DNA of 64,000 bases from Octopus sinensis (taxonomy: Eukaryota). Under the pieces are notes generated by a model. That model searched no databases. It was given only the letters and a program-made list of their open reading frames with translations, and was not told where the DNA came from. The stretch is from positions 58,838,001 to 58,902,000 of the forward strand of contig NC_042997.1 in NCBI RefSeq assembly GCF_006345805.1, in the 5' to 3' direction. The translations under genes were made by a program, and so were the position numbers. Shown here piece after piece: positions 1-13,869 of the stretch (positions are counted from its first letter, which is position 1; every line of letters begins with the position of its first letter).

Positions 1-981
1 TGGCTTACCAATATATCTTTGTATTTTTTTAATACTGTACGTCCATAAGAGATGTTTTCTCAAGACGAATGCCGCAGTTTTCAGGCTTTCAACAGTACAT
101 CTGGTTTGATTATGATGCATAGATAGCGATTTTGAACTAACATTGTTTCCGTCACTAATAATGAATTTTTACTTGAATATCATTCTAATATTGTTTTAAA
201 CCAGATTTCATATTTTTCCACTTTTATTGAATTCTCTACTATTCGCTTTCCGAAAACGAAATATTTTCTTTCCAGTTGAATTTAAACAATTAATCTGTAT
301 GTATTGCGCACGTGTGTGTGTGTATGCATGCTTTTATATAGATGTATATTTATACACACATACACACACAAGCACATACATATATATATGCAGTTTTGCA
401 TGCATCAGTTTATCATCATATGCGCGCACACACACACACAAACTGTATGAGTACTTATGTTTTCAGATGCATAAAGTGATATATATAACCCGCATATGTA
501 AGTATGTATATCATTTATACAGATATGTATGTGTGTATGCCAGTGTGTGTATGGCTGTATGAGTATGCACATTAAGATGATTGATAATCAAATTGCAAGA
601 AACAGAAATATCAGCACCGTCAAGTAGAGGGAAAATCCAAAATGCAAATTTATTCGCAAATCTTTAGATATAAATCTGTCTAACTAGCGGAAGTTGAATA
701 TCAAAGAAAATTATTTCTATGTTATTTCATATAAAGAAAGTTAATACATCTGCCAGACGCAACGAATTCGCTCAAAATCTCTTCATAAATTATTTCGCAG
801 TTAAGTTATAAACTGAGGTTACAATTAACAGATTTATTAATATTCGAGCTTTAACTTCTAAATCATTGATCAATTTAAGTAAAGATTTTTCTCATTAATC
901 ATTAATGATATGCCACATAACACACACACGAACACACACACACACACACCACACACACACACACACACATACGTACATATT

Positions 982-1180
982 CTTTTATGCTTTCATATGT
1001 TTCAGTCATTTGATCACGGTCATGCTGGAGTACCACGTTAAGGAGTTTTAGTCGAAGAAAATGCCCCCAGGACTCATTCTTTGTAAGCCTAGTACTTATT
1101 CTATCGATTTCCGAACCGCTAAGTTACATCGGTTGTCAAGCGATGGGGGGTGGGCAAACACAGACACACAGACACACATG
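982..1180 (-). mobile_element. tRNA-SINE family A, 3' half
   Basis: Reverse complement of the family tail (gctccagcatgaccgtgatcaaatgactgaaac) shared with near-complete copies at 39128 and 42968. Confidence 0.85.
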
Positions 1181-1275
1181 TATGTATATATATATACATG
1201 TGTGTCTGTGTGTCATTGTTTGCCCTCCCCCATCGCTTGACAACCGATGTAACTTAGCGGTATATATACATATAA

Positions 1276-1509
1276 GGCGGCGAGCTGGTAGAAACGTTAG
1301 CACGCCGGGCGAAATGCTTAGCGGTATTTCGTCTGTCGTTAACGTTCTGAGTTCAAATTCCGCCGAGGTCGACTTTGCCTTTCATCCTTTCGGGGTCGAT
1401 AAATTAAGTACCAGTTACGTACTGGGGTCGATGTAATCGACCTAATACCTATGTCTGTCCTTGTTTGTCCCCTCTGTCTTTAGCCCCTTGTGGGTAATAA
1501 AGAAATAGG

Positions 1510-1510
<1 letters not shown>
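1276..1510 (+). mobile_element. tRNA-SINE family B (MetaSINE-like central domain), inserted in the microsatellite of a family A copy
   Basis: ggcggcgagctggtagaaacgttagc...gagttcaaattcc (B-box)...gtcgactttgcctttcatcctttcggggtcgataaattaagtaccag; closely similar to 33902-34122. Confidence 0.9.
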
Positions 1511-1563
<53 letters not shown>

Positions 1564-1566
<3 letters not shown>

Positions 1567-1718
1567 CAGGGTTCTTTCAGTTACCGTCCACCAGATCCAC
1601 TCAAAAGGCTTTGGTCAGCCCGAGGCTATAGGAGAAGACACTTGCCCAAGGTGTCACGCAGTGGGATTGAACCCGGAAACGTGGTTGGGAAGCAAGTTTT
1701 TTACCACACAGCCACGCT
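1564..1718 (-). mobile_element. tRNA-SINE family A, 5' half
   Basis: Reverse complement of gtggctgtgtggtaaaaaacttgcttcccaaccacg...gggttcaatccc head. Confidence 0.85.
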
Positions 1719-2173
<455 letters not shown>

Positions 2174-2479
2174 CGTGTTATTATTTATAGTTTTGTATGT
2201 ACTTCGAGAACCAATTTCAAACAAGCAAGAATCATTCCACATTCTCTCGAAAGTTTATAAATTCTTTCGGTAAGTAACTTTAAAGTAAATTCTCCTTCAT
2301 GCGAGTGAAATATCCTGCGGTGATGGCTTTTGTGCATTACGAACTATGTTTAATTCACTTCACGATACATGGAAAATCTACATTATGGCCTTTTCATTAC
2401 TATTGATACTCGTACTTATTGTTAGCATTTCAGATATGATCCTTAATCTCACTAACCTTTTATACAACTAATACCACAA

Positions 2480-3240
2480 GCCAAAATGAAATTTAAAATA
2501 CATAAGTTGCCAAGCAATCCTGAGAATATCATTAATAATTCAGCAGAAAAGATATCACTTAGATAGTCTAACCTTTCTATCAACGAATATCTCTTTCAAG
2601 ACTTTTTGAAACATTATAATGACGTCTTACATGGAATCTATGTTAAGGAGGAAATATCTTACAGTGAACCAAGTACAATAGCTAACCATAAAAATTGGAA
2701 GAGAAACATTATCTAGCTCAATCCACCGTTCAACTTAGCAGCATCCATCGCTACAGCAAAACTTTTCTTAATCCTAAGAAAAGCCTCCCTCCTCAAAATA
2801 AATATGAAAGAAATTTTTGTAAAATTGCCGTTAAAACTTCATAAGGAATTCTCCAGCGTGCCCAAACTTAACCAAACTAGTACGCACCCTTCTTCAAATA
2901 ATGGTAATTTCACCGATCCATGTAATTTCTCCCTCAGTTTCAAGGCTTTAGCCAACGACATACTATATAAGCGTAACAGACAAACTGCAAATTCTACCAA
3001 ATTATACATTAGTCTCACTGCTAATACTTTTAATTTTTGCTTTAACCAACATACTAACACACTTAGAAAATCCCCTGGAAGTAATATTATCAATCTCCTC
3101 CAGTTGTATTAAAGAACTGAAGGCAATGAACATATAACAAAATTTAGAAATTATTTCTAAGGCTGTCTCATACATAGGAAACATAAGACCATGCAACCTC
3201 TGCAAAACAAAAGCTTATGAAAAACGTCTTGTTGACGATA
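2480..3240 (+). mobile_element. Penelope-like element remnant (RT thumb/linker and GIY-YIG endonuclease), disrupted
   Basis: Translated pieces KRNII*LNPPFN, LYISLTANTF..FNQH and RPCNLC match Penelope motifs R(K/N)IIWFNPP, YIGxT and CNLC; several stops and frameshifts. Confidence 0.7.
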
Positions 3241-3668
3241 AGTTCTTTAAAGTATACCAGTATTTTCAGTCTACCTCTTTCATAACTATTTTACATGATA
3301 CAGATGAATTTGGATATTACTAGCAGTAATGCTTATCACCACTTCAACATGACTGTTCAGTACGAACCGACGTTACTACCGTTTTTAATCCCAATATGTC
3401 ACCTTACCGTATAGTTACTACTATCATCTCTTACAGATATTTTCAAACTAGCTACTTTGCTTGTTGATATTACTAACTTTTCATCTAAAATGAATTTTTT
3501 TCCGGTTTAACGATTACTTCAACATGTATAAAAATTCTTGATATTAATCTCATCATTACAACTTCTTATAATATCACATTAGACTATACATACATATTAT
3601 TATAAGTATATCTATTGACTTTGCATCACTTTTCTTCTTTGGAGTAGATTTATGCTACTCAATTTCTA

Positions 3669-4746
3669 TCCTTATTTATATATATAAAAGAGGCTTTGTA
3701 TCAAAATTATGTGCACATTTTGCTACGTCAGAGGTTGGCGGCCCGACCAATGGTCGGATCGAGCTGAAAATTGATACAGGCATAGAAGGCGTGATGAAGC
3801 AGAGAGTTGAGTAGGTTAAAACTCGCCATCTGGAAAGATGCGGTTGCTGTAGTGAGAAGAGTGACTTTTTATCTTTTCAAGAGGGCTCTAAGCCCCTCCA
3901 GATGAAGAAGGTGAACGTTGATACAAATTGGATTTTTATGTAAAAAAAAAAGGGGGGGTTCTAAATGGGGCTGGAAGGGGATTAAAATTTATAGGAGGGG
4001 TAACTTGAGGTGAGAAATTGATTGGAAGACGTTTTGAAGCGCTACAGTGGTTGCTTTGCTGTGAAAATGGGGATTTTATTGATTTTTAGGGACACTTGGG
4101 GGTCTAGATTGGACACCTTTTGCCCGATTTCAATCAAATTTTCAACATGGTAAAGTGGAAGCAGATTTGTAATTTAAGCGCGGAAAATGGGTTCGAAAAT
4201 TTGAAAATTAAGGCAAGATTTTTGAAGTTGAAAAAATTTCTCATTTTTACGTATTTTTGCCCTTTATTTTTTAATGTTTACAGTTTTCCTTTTTTCTTAA
4301 AGAAATTTACAGCTGCATGTAGCCCGTGTTTAGAGCTTTCATTTGCATGGTCAATCGTCGAAAAATTCCCAAAATAAGTACTAATTTTAACTAAGAAATC
4401 CTTTTTTTTATTATTAATCGCTCAAATAGTGACACGTACAAAAGGCAAGTGTGTTTTCCGTTGTCACTGCCTGATATTTATGATTAATCTTTCAAAATAT
4501 TTTCTTTCTCAACTTACTCAAGATCGTTTGTCTTTTATAAATGGGAGAGAGATAGATAGAGGAAGATAGAGAGTAAGAGAAAGTGAGGGAGAGTCCGAGA
4601 GAAAGGAAGAGTATGAGAGTGTGAAAGTGAGAGAGAAAGGAGAGAGAAACAAAGAGGGAGAATGTTGCGATAAAAAACAGAAAGGAAGCAACAGAAAGTA
4701 ACAACCACACCCTCACCCGCGCGTAGAGCGAGTCACCTTAGGCTAG
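3669..4746 (+). mobile_element. Non-autonomous Helitron-like element
   Basis: A|TC...tatatataaaag 5' end; imperfect GC hairpin acccgcgcgtagagcgagt near 4715-4733; CTAG|T 3' end; no TSD. Confidence 0.6.
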
Positions 4747-5634
4747 TATCATTTATAAAAGTTTCTATGTTTGCACCCACATCACCTTTGTGATGTATAA
4801 AGTATTCGTCATCGTACACAGAAATGAAATATTTATTATTTTTTTATCATTTCTGCTTGCTGTTTTGTACCCATGCGCCTACATGTATTTTTTTTATCAT
4901 GTACTTAGATATATTCTTATTATGTGAAATTACTTTTGCATACTTATCAGTACCAATTTTAATGTTTCGTTGATTTGAATTTCTCATAAATAACGCCTTA
5001 GCATAATTGCTTACTAATTTCTGTTTTTCAATGTCCACATCTAAATGGCTTTCCTTGGATTGGTGTGCGAGTTAACAGATTGCTATGTTTATATTCTTTG
5101 TTGTAGCAGATATATAAGTTTCTACAAACATATTAGTGTTTACATGCTGTTCATTTGTATCTGTACAGGTATATGTGATTTTCTTTGTGTATGTGTGTGT
5201 GTGAAAGAATGAATGTGTTTTATGTGGTTTGGCCTCTCTATTTATTTTATTAACATATTTCCGTTAGTCTGAAATTGTTTTAATTATTTCCTTTACCCTC
5301 CACCTTCCGTTTCAAAATTTAACTGACTCTATGTAATGCTTAAATAATTACCAGAAAACCTGTTTCTTTTTATTAACTAGAGGGCTAATAATTATTTTTA
5401 ATCTATTGCATAAGCTTAAAGCTAATTATTATTTGTATGACATAGCATAAACTTAATTAGGTATATATAATGTTAATGGCTTGCTTCATCCATAGCTGGT
5501 TATAACGCTACACACACATACATACGTATGTATTCTTCAAATTTTTTTTTTTTTTTTATTATTGTAATAATCGTTTTTCATGCTATTTTGCTGTATTAAC
5601 AAAGATTGTCAAAGTAACATCCTTTCTACTGTGG

Positions 5635-5823
5635 ACTCAAGGCTTAAAATTGTGGGAGGACCGGGATGGTTGATTACATTGACTCCAGAGCATAACTGGT
5701 TCTTATTTTATCGACCCCGAAAGAATGAAAGACAAAGCTGAACTCGACGGAATTTGAACTCAGAACATCAAAACAGGCGGAATGCCGCAAAGCATTTTGC
5801 TCGGCGTGCAAACGAATCTGCCT
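5635..5823 (-). mobile_element. tRNA-SINE family B
   Basis: tatcgaccccgaaagaatgaaagacaaagctgaactcgacggaatttgaactcagaac is the reverse complement of the family B core. Confidence 0.85.
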
Positions 5824-6571
5824 TTAGATTGTCAATGTAATATCTACATGCAAAATGAGTACACTCTATATAATGTAAGAAATAGAAAATGATGTCAGGA
5901 TTGTCGTGTGTTCGCTGGAAATCAATCTTCACGTAACAAGTATTTTTCTATTGTTACTTCTGAGACAATTTGAGTTTTGTATGAGTAGCGTTATGAGTTT
6001 TCACTAAGAAGTTGGAACTGAACCCCTAGATAAACAATATGCAGCAACGTTATTGCTGTGTCTCCACTTATATATTAAAGTTGCTGATAAAATAGATTCC
6101 TTCAAGAAACTGGTTATATCAGTGACATTTATCATTCATGCTATAGCATTTATAAATGCTTTTTTTTTTCAAGATATTAGAAATACATCATATAAAAATA
6201 TGCTTTATTAGAGTTAATTCATCCATATGAATTGTTCATATTGGGATATATTTATTTCAAGATATTTCTGAGAAGCAATCCATAAACATTGGTCATTTTA
6301 CGAGCGCACTGTTAGAGATACAAATCACATGAAAAATAATACGTAAGGTACTTTAATATATTTAATGTCATAAAGAGACACACTAGAACTAAATTCGTAG
6401 TGCCAACAAAATAAAAACTATGTCAAGAATCAATATATTTTCTGTTCGCCTTTTAGCTTTATAGTTTATGCATTAAAAATAGTAACTATAACTTATGCGT
6501 AGTTGACGTCCCTGAATTATTAATTTCTCAAGAATTATATTTCCTACGCCAATAACTGGTACAATTTTGCA

Positions 6572-6970
6572 TACTCTTTTACTCTTTTATACGTGTCAGT
6601 TATTTGACTGCGGCCATGCTGGAGCACCAGCTTTAGTCGAACAAATCGACCCCAGAACTTATACTTTATAAGCCTAGTACTTATTCTATCGGTCTCCTTT
6701 GTCGAACCGCTAGGTTACGGGAAACATAAACACATTAACATCAGTTGTCAAGCGATGGTAAGGGGACAAACACAGACACAAAGACACACGCGCATAAATA
6801 TATATACATATATACGACGGGCTTCTTTCAGTTTCCGTCTACAAAATCCACTAACAAGACTTTGGTCGGGCTGAGGCTATAGTAGAAGACACTTGACCAA
6901 AGTGCCACGTAGTAGGACTGAACCCAAAACCATGTGGCTGGGAAGCAAGCTTCTTACCACACAGCCACGC
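6572..6970 (-). mobile_element. tRNA-SINE family A, near full length
   Basis: Both halves present with a short internal microsatellite and (tactcttt) tail. Confidence 0.9.
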
Positions 6971-7797
6971 TGCATGTTTATTATGTGACTATATTGGTCA
7001 CTATATTGGCAAATACTTTTCACTGATAAGAACAAAATAAGACTTAAACGTACTTGGGGTCATTTCATGTACTTGCTGAAAATAGAAAAAATGTTAGTCG
7101 TCGACTAACATGGTTTTATTTTTTCACATCGAATATTTATTAAGTTAACAGTTAACGTTCCATATGTTAAATATCTTAACGCTAATTTATTAATTGTTTT
7201 ACAAGCAGATGTTTATCAGAAAGTATTTAATCTCCAAAGAATTTTATTTCCCTATCTAGATAAATATACTATATTGCATATTTATTCAGTGATTCTTTCA
7301 TCGCTAATTTGGCAAGCAGAGTGAAAGCTATATTTCTCAGTAGAGGCCAGAGAAAGTTCAAAATATGTCCGGTATTGTCCCACATATTAGAAGAGAGAAA
7401 TGAGAAAGAAAATAATATTAATTATAAATAAGTACCATGTGTTTCTCCTCGCCACATATTTGTTTTTAATTACTTTTTATTTTATTTAAATATTCCTTGC
7501 ATTAAATGTATCAACAAGAACTTCCATTATTTCAATGTTTTTATGATCCCCATTTGTCATTTTACAGTTTAGTTATGACACTGCATTGACAATATATCTC
7601 AGTAATAAAACCAACCCAATTTTGCAGCTGCACAGATGATTCATTCGTACACATCAAGTTTTCTTTGTTGGTTTAAAAGGCAATACACAACTTAGTAATT
7701 GCTTTTAAAAACAAAAATCTATTCTTGGCAATCAGCAGTTCCTTACCACCGTAACTTACTCTTAACCTAATTAAAAATATTATGCCACGACAAAAAA

Positions 7798-7838
<41 letters not shown>

Positions 7839-8884
7839 TATTATTATTATTATTATTTGGCCTAATGTTAATTTCAGAAAATATCCTTATCATCATTGTC
7901 GTCGCTGTGCTGACGTCATCATTGTCGTCATCATCGTTGTCGACATCATTGTCGTCATCGTCGTTGCCATCGACGTACTGGTTAACATTAATTTTGTGTT
8001 GATCATATTAAATCTGGGGATTTAATGACCACAATTCCCCACAGCTACCAGGGGTCTTGTGAAAGTCTCTAACAAATAAGATACTTTGTCTAGTTATGCT
8101 TCCGATAGTGGGAGATGCTTTCCCGTTCGAAATAAATTCTACAAGCACGGCTCTGTCATAATATACACAGAGCGACGAAAACGTTCTCCACGTACACGTT
8201 CGGCGTCCGAACATTATTGGCTTGTTTAGTTACATGAGAGCAGTCATGGTAATTATGATGGACCCCACTGTTAGCAAATCTGATCTTACCAGGGTGTCGA
8301 TTTCTGACCCCTTATGTGAAATGTCTTAATTTACTAAATTTTTAACCTGGTTTACCGTCTTAAATTAATTTCCCCGCTTGCTGATCATTGTCCATGTACA
8401 TCCCTACATTTTTTACGAACTTTCTCTATGATGTGTTTCTGTTTTAAAACGGACTACTTTAATTATAAGAAGAGATGTTACTTTGGTTATAGCTGCCACA
8501 GTGGCGAAAAATTTAGGCATTTTTCCTTCTTTTTTTTTCAAAAGCAAAAAATATAAAATAAAAAATAAACTTTTAAAAGAATACAAGGAAACGATTAAAT
8601 AGTTTGGAAAATTCAAGTACAAGCACAACCACCGAAGACTAATGTCGATATTCATAAAAACATTTTACTGGTTAACAGAACATTTCTTACTGCAATGCTT
8701 CAGCCTTCTACCCGTAAATGTGCTGTCGCCTGTTTGTCTTTTTCTATTGCTGCTATAATTGCATCTACTCCTATGAGCTGATTAGGCTCATACCCACTCC
8801 ACTTAGGTATTCCCCTTCCCACTCTTCTCTCCTGTTATTACCTTTGTTGCGCCTAATCCTACAATACTCCGCACTAACCGTTTT

Positions 8885-9185
8885 GTGGAAGCACATGGCC
8901 TAGTGGTTAGAGCAGCGGACTCGTGGTCGAGGGATCGCGGGTTCCAATCTCAGACCGGCCGATGTGTGTGTTTATGAGCGAAACACCTAAGCTCCACGCG
9001 GCTCCGGCAGAAGGTAATGGCGAACTTCTGCTGACTCTTTCGCCACAACTTTCTCTCACTCTTTCCTCCTGCATCATGCAGCTCACCTGCGACGGACCGG
9101 CGTCCCGTCCAGGTGAGGAACCTATACACCAAAGAAACCAGGAAACCGTCTCTTATGAACCAGGCACAGCTTGAGAAGGAACAAC
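8885..9185 (+). mobile_element. tRNA-SINE family C (OR1/OR2-like)
   Basis: A-box tggcctagtggttag, B-box gggttccaatc; body closely matches 40562-40867. Confidence 0.9.
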
Positions 9186-9989
9186 TAACCATTTTACCTT
9201 GTTCCTTCTTCCCACAACATTGTTTTACCATATCTTACCCAAAACTGTTGAATTACAAAGTTTCAAGAGGGATATTAATGATATCAAACTCACCGGTCTT
9301 GAATCCAGCAAGTAAAAAAATAAGTATAAGCAATAACATAAGAAGCATCACCACAACCGGCAGAATCATCAACATCTACAAATGTTAATCTCTTGCTACC
9401 GTTGCGTAACACGGAGAATTGGTGGATATAAACCAGCACCAGAAATAAGGAAAAACAACTAGAAGAACTACGTCGCATGAGACAAAACCACTTTAGCCAA
9501 AGATTTTATTCAAAAATTGCCAGAAGAAAAGTGGTAGCATACTTATGTTTTGCCAAAAATTGTGGAGACCCATAACCCCTCAAACAGGAGTTGGATACAA
9601 CTCGAGCCGACTTTATGGGAAGAGGTACACTCCACCGAGCAAAGAGGACATAGGGAGTGTATGCTTAATATTAAGAGCTTTCTTAAGTCTCAAGCACTCA
9701 TTGTGGTCAGAAGATAGATAGATCTTGTGCAGTACAAGACTTATCATAAACTGGCTCTGCGCTATATGAGCAAGAAAAATCCAAGATTTATGACTTAAGA
9801 TATCAATGCTGACATGAACTTTTGGTTCATTAACACCCTTGCGTAACACTACAGTTAACTGGTGAGGAAAGAAGTAATCTACAACAGGTGGGTCAGTTGG
9901 AGCTAGCAGAGCCAACCAAGAAATAATCATATCCGAAAACGGGAAGGCTGTCTCAGATATTTAGACAATTGCGGGAACGGAAACGGGGT

Positions 9990-10270
9990 GACTCAAACTG
10001 GTGATGCAGAGCAGAAGGACCATTTACTGCATGTATGGAAATAAAACCACGTAAGAGATAAAGAAGTTGCGTGAAACACCAAGCAGTACCAGCAAGAACA
10101 ACAGGCTCCCGAAGTGTAAACGACGAAGTGAAATACTATGGCCATTGCTGCAAACACCACTATTAGCCGTTCCGAGTATGACCACGGCTGAAAATGAGAT
10201 GCTTCGTCTAAAAACCGGAGATCAACACGATGAAGCATCGAGAACACAAAGTCGTCCAGAGGCGCTACCA
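9990..10270 (+). mobile_element. Degraded RTE-like LINE C-terminal fragment
   Basis: Frames give LLHVWK*NHVRDKEV and VKYYGHC, resembling RTE W.D.V.NEEV and L.(W/Y).GH motifs. Confidence 0.35.
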
Positions 10271-10493
10271 TCCAGCCTGACCATCTTGTGGTGGTGAAAG
10301 GCTAACATAATACTTATTCCCTTCCTGCTTCATTTCCACATGTTTGCTTTCATAACGTCTTCTATGTACGACTGGATCCATGTTGTAATAATCGAGATCA
10401 TCATCAACATCATTCATCACCATCATCATCACCATCATCATCATTATCATCAACAACAACAACAGTTATCATCATCAACATCACCATCATTAT

Positions 10494-10668
10494 TGGTCGT
10501 CTCGCCTCAATGACTTGGTCGCACTGCATGTTAAAATCCCAGAGTATTTTGTAATGTTCGTTTTCCCTTACCCCTTCTGGCTTGTGTTTATACCATTGCT
10601 CGGTTTTCTCGAAGTTTGCTCTCTCGAAGTTTGCAACAGCCAGTGGACATATCTGGCCATACTGTCGT
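10494..10668 (-). mobile_element. R4/Dong-type non-LTR retrotransposon fragment (restriction-like endonuclease region)
   Basis: Minus strand reads DSMARYVHWLL then EQWYKHKPEGVRENEHYKILWDFNMQCDQVIEARRP; embedded in (ATT)n/(ATC)n repeats. Confidence 0.8.
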
Positions 10669-10732
10669 TATTATTATTGTTGTTGTTGTTGTTGTTGTCG
10701 TTGTTGTTGCTGTTGTTATAATAATTATAATA

Positions 10733-10772
<40 letters not shown>

Positions 10773-10819
10773 TATTATTATTATCATCATCATCATCATC
10801 ATCATTATTATTATTATTA

Positions 10820-10873
<54 letters not shown>

Positions 10874-10919
10874 TGTTGTTGTTGTTAATATTATTATAAT
10901 AATAATTATTATTATTATA
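10669..10919. repeat. Trinucleotide microsatellite (ATT/GTT/ATC)n
   Basis: Directly visible. Confidence 0.95.
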
Positions 10920-10920
10920 A

Positions 10921-11150
10921 CGGCGAGCTGGCAGAAGCGTTAGCTCCCAGGACGAAATGCTTAGCGATGTTTCGCCCGTTGCTACGTTCTGAGTTCAAAT
11001 TGCGCCGAGGTCCGCTTTGCCTTTCATCCTTTCGGGGTCGATAAATTTAGTACCAGTGAACCTCTGGGGTCGATGTAATCGACTAGTCCTCTCTCTACCA
11101 AACTTCAGATCGTATGTTTTCAGACATAAGAAAGGATTGTTATTATTATT
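10921..11150 (+). mobile_element. tRNA-SINE family B
   Basis: cggcgagctggcagaagcgttagc...gagttcaaatt...ctttcatcctttcggggtcgataaa with (att)n tail. Confidence 0.9.
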
Positions 11151-11479
11151 ATTGTTTTTACTGGATTTTACTATGTCAACACTAATTTCTCACTACTTCC
11201 CTTTGGATTTACAATTTGTTGACACTTCAGCGTTGCTGATTTTTATTTTTTGTCAACATTACTGTCAAGCGTGCTGAACAAATATGTTTCTTTTTTCTTT
11301 TCTTTTTTATTATACATTTGGGGGTTAAATTCATTTAACTTTTTTTATTCTCTTCTTTTTTTTCCTTATACTCTTTCTGCTTCGCTTCATGCAAAAATGT
11401 TTGCAATATGAGTGACGTTATGAAAGTAAGCGGCAATTTCGATAACTGTGGTGTCTTCCATGTACGCGCGCACGCACAT

Positions 11480-11516
<37 letters not shown>

Positions 11517-11599
11517 ACACACACACACACTTTCTCTATCGGATGAAAATTTTTTGAATATTTTTGATAGTACAAACAATTCTGATATTTTGGGAAATA

Positions 11600-12220
11600 A
11601 CACTGATATAACAGACATTGATAATTTTCAGTCCAAACGTCTGCTGAATGCAGAATGCAAGACTTTCAATAGTTAAGAATTTTAAACTAAAATATCATCA
11701 GAAAAAGGCTTTTGTTGTTAGTAGAGTCGATGTTACTTCACAGATTAACGTGATCCTTGAGAGATCTACTGGGGACGACTTACATTTCGTGCAATACCTC
11801 GAAGAGAGGGGTGGTTGTATACGTGATTTTGGCGGGATCTGGAGCAATTTTCATCAATCTAAAGCATTGTCATAGCAGCATCGAGTAGAAAGCTGCAGAT
11901 ATGGATAGACGGTCTCCCATCAGAACTGTTTTGATCTTACTGTCAGTTTTCCATGGGCTGTCCTTTTCATCGATCTTTTACCACTGTACGAAACTTTGAT
12001 GTTTTTAGAGGGATTCCTTTCAGATGTGGAAATAAGAGAGCCCTGTATTCGTACGTGATGATGTCATAGGTAATACTTTATAGCATAACGGAGATCGAGG
12101 TTGAAGAATATGGGAATAAATTTTCTGTAAAGAGGGTTGAAAATGGGAGACTGGAGGATTAGTGGATAGGTACCACGTGCAAAGAGTAGAAGCAGATGGA
12201 TATTGAGTAGCCATATATTC
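11600..12220 (-). mobile_element. Heavily decayed RTE-like reverse transcriptase fragment
   Basis: Minus-strand pieces KTVLMGDRLS / PYL / LLDAAM and SDDILV resemble GVLQGD.LAPYLF..LD and (F/Y)ADD motifs. Confidence 0.4.
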
Positions 12221-12250
12221 TTTGCTTCATTAAGCATGTCTGTTTGTAAT

Positions 12251-12470
12251 ATTGGTCTCAAATTTTGGCACAAAGCCACCAACCTCGGGGGTTGGGGATA
12301 AGCCGATTACATTGACCCCCCCCCCCCCGTGCTCAACTGGTGTTTATTTTACCGACCCGAAAGGGTGAATGGCAAAGTGGACCCCGGTGGGTCCACTTTG
12401 CATAAAGACGGACGAAATGTGGCTAAGCATTTTGCCCGGTGCGCTAATGGTTCTCTCAGCTCGCTGCCTT
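12251..12470 (-). mobile_element. tRNA-SINE family B
   Basis: Reverse complement of the family B head and core. Confidence 0.8.
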
Positions 12471-13296
12471 ACAGTATTTAGTTACGTCATTTTATGTTTC
12501 GTAAATTCAAACCCTGTCGTCGTACTCGACTTTGCTTTTCATACTTCTGGGATCAATAAAATCCTGAAACTGGTTTTAATATTTTCAACACACAAAATGT
12601 GTGGAGCTGAAAAGAAGAGAGAAACTTCTGTTGTTTATTACTTCCTTAGAATTAGTAACAACACCAGTAACACCGTGCAACTGATCAGAATATTGTTTTT
12701 ATATAAACACAGCGTTTACGAATCGTATGCATTCCGGTAGTTAATATCTTCAGATTAACAACATTTTCAAAGATGGCAGTTAATTTCAATTTTTTTTTTA
12801 ATGCTCTTCATGTTTACAGTGTAAACCACTTTCGTATGAACCATTGCATTCGATAAAAGCTATTTATTAATTTCACCATACACTGTCTTCTTTTAATGGC
12901 GTATTTACAATAGCTTTATGGCTTCATATATATTCGGCAGTAAATTAAGATCCGGCGGTAAAGCCATCCAAAAATAGGCTTCTGTATTTGCGGATATATG
13001 TATCTATACTCTTTATTTACGCGTGTATTAAATTTAGTATGTGTAGGCGTACATCTTTCTGTGGGTATTTTTGATACTTACTAATGCGTTTCAGTCTAAT
13101 TGGATTTATTAAGTGTTCTCCTCTTTGCACGTCTTAGTTTGTTGATATGACTCTGTGTACGCTTCTGACTGCCAACAATTATATAGTGTATGTGGTACGT
13201 GCATGTGTATGCTATCAATGCGAATGCTTTAAACGCATCTGTCTTCCTTCTCTATAGTGGCATGCCAACATCTTTACGTATAAATATATGTACAGA

Positions 13297-13672
13297 GGCG
13301 TAGGTGTAGCTGTGTGGTAAAAAGTTTGCTTTCCAACCACATTGTTCCGATTTCAGTCCCACTGCGTGGCACCTTGGGCAAGTATCTTTTACTATAGCCT
13401 CGAGTCGATCAAAGCCTTATGGATGGATTTGGTAGACGGAAACTGAAAGAAACTCGTCGTGTGTGTGGTGTATGTGTGTGTATGTGTGTCTGTATGTGTT
13501 CGTGTCTGTGATTTCCCACACCACCGCATGGTGTATTTGCGTCCCCGTAAGTTAGCAGTTCAGCATAAGGGACCGAAGGAATAGCACCAGGATTAAGATA
13601 AAAATAAGTATTGAGGTCAATTCGTTTGACTGAAACTCTTCGAGGCCCTGCCCCAGCATGGCCGCAGTCCAT
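13297..13672 (+). mobile_element. tRNA-SINE family A
   Basis: ggcgtaggtgtagctgtgtggtaa...gatttggtagacggaaactgaaag...ccagcatggccgcagtc. Confidence 0.88.
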
Positions 13673-13715
13673 TAAAAAGTATAGGTCTGATTCTGTAGAT
13701 ACTGAATATATTGTT

Positions 13716-13784
<69 letters not shown>

Positions 13785-13869
13785 CTTAAGAATAAAAATT
13801 ACGGTAGGAAAAATCCAATATTAATAAAGTTGATATTTAGAAAAGCGTATATATAAATAATTGAAAGAA

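Noticed and set aside
8885-8960. tRNA-like sequences at SINE heads
   Set aside because: They have A and B boxes but no complete cloverleaf and continue into SINE bodies; not tRNA genes.
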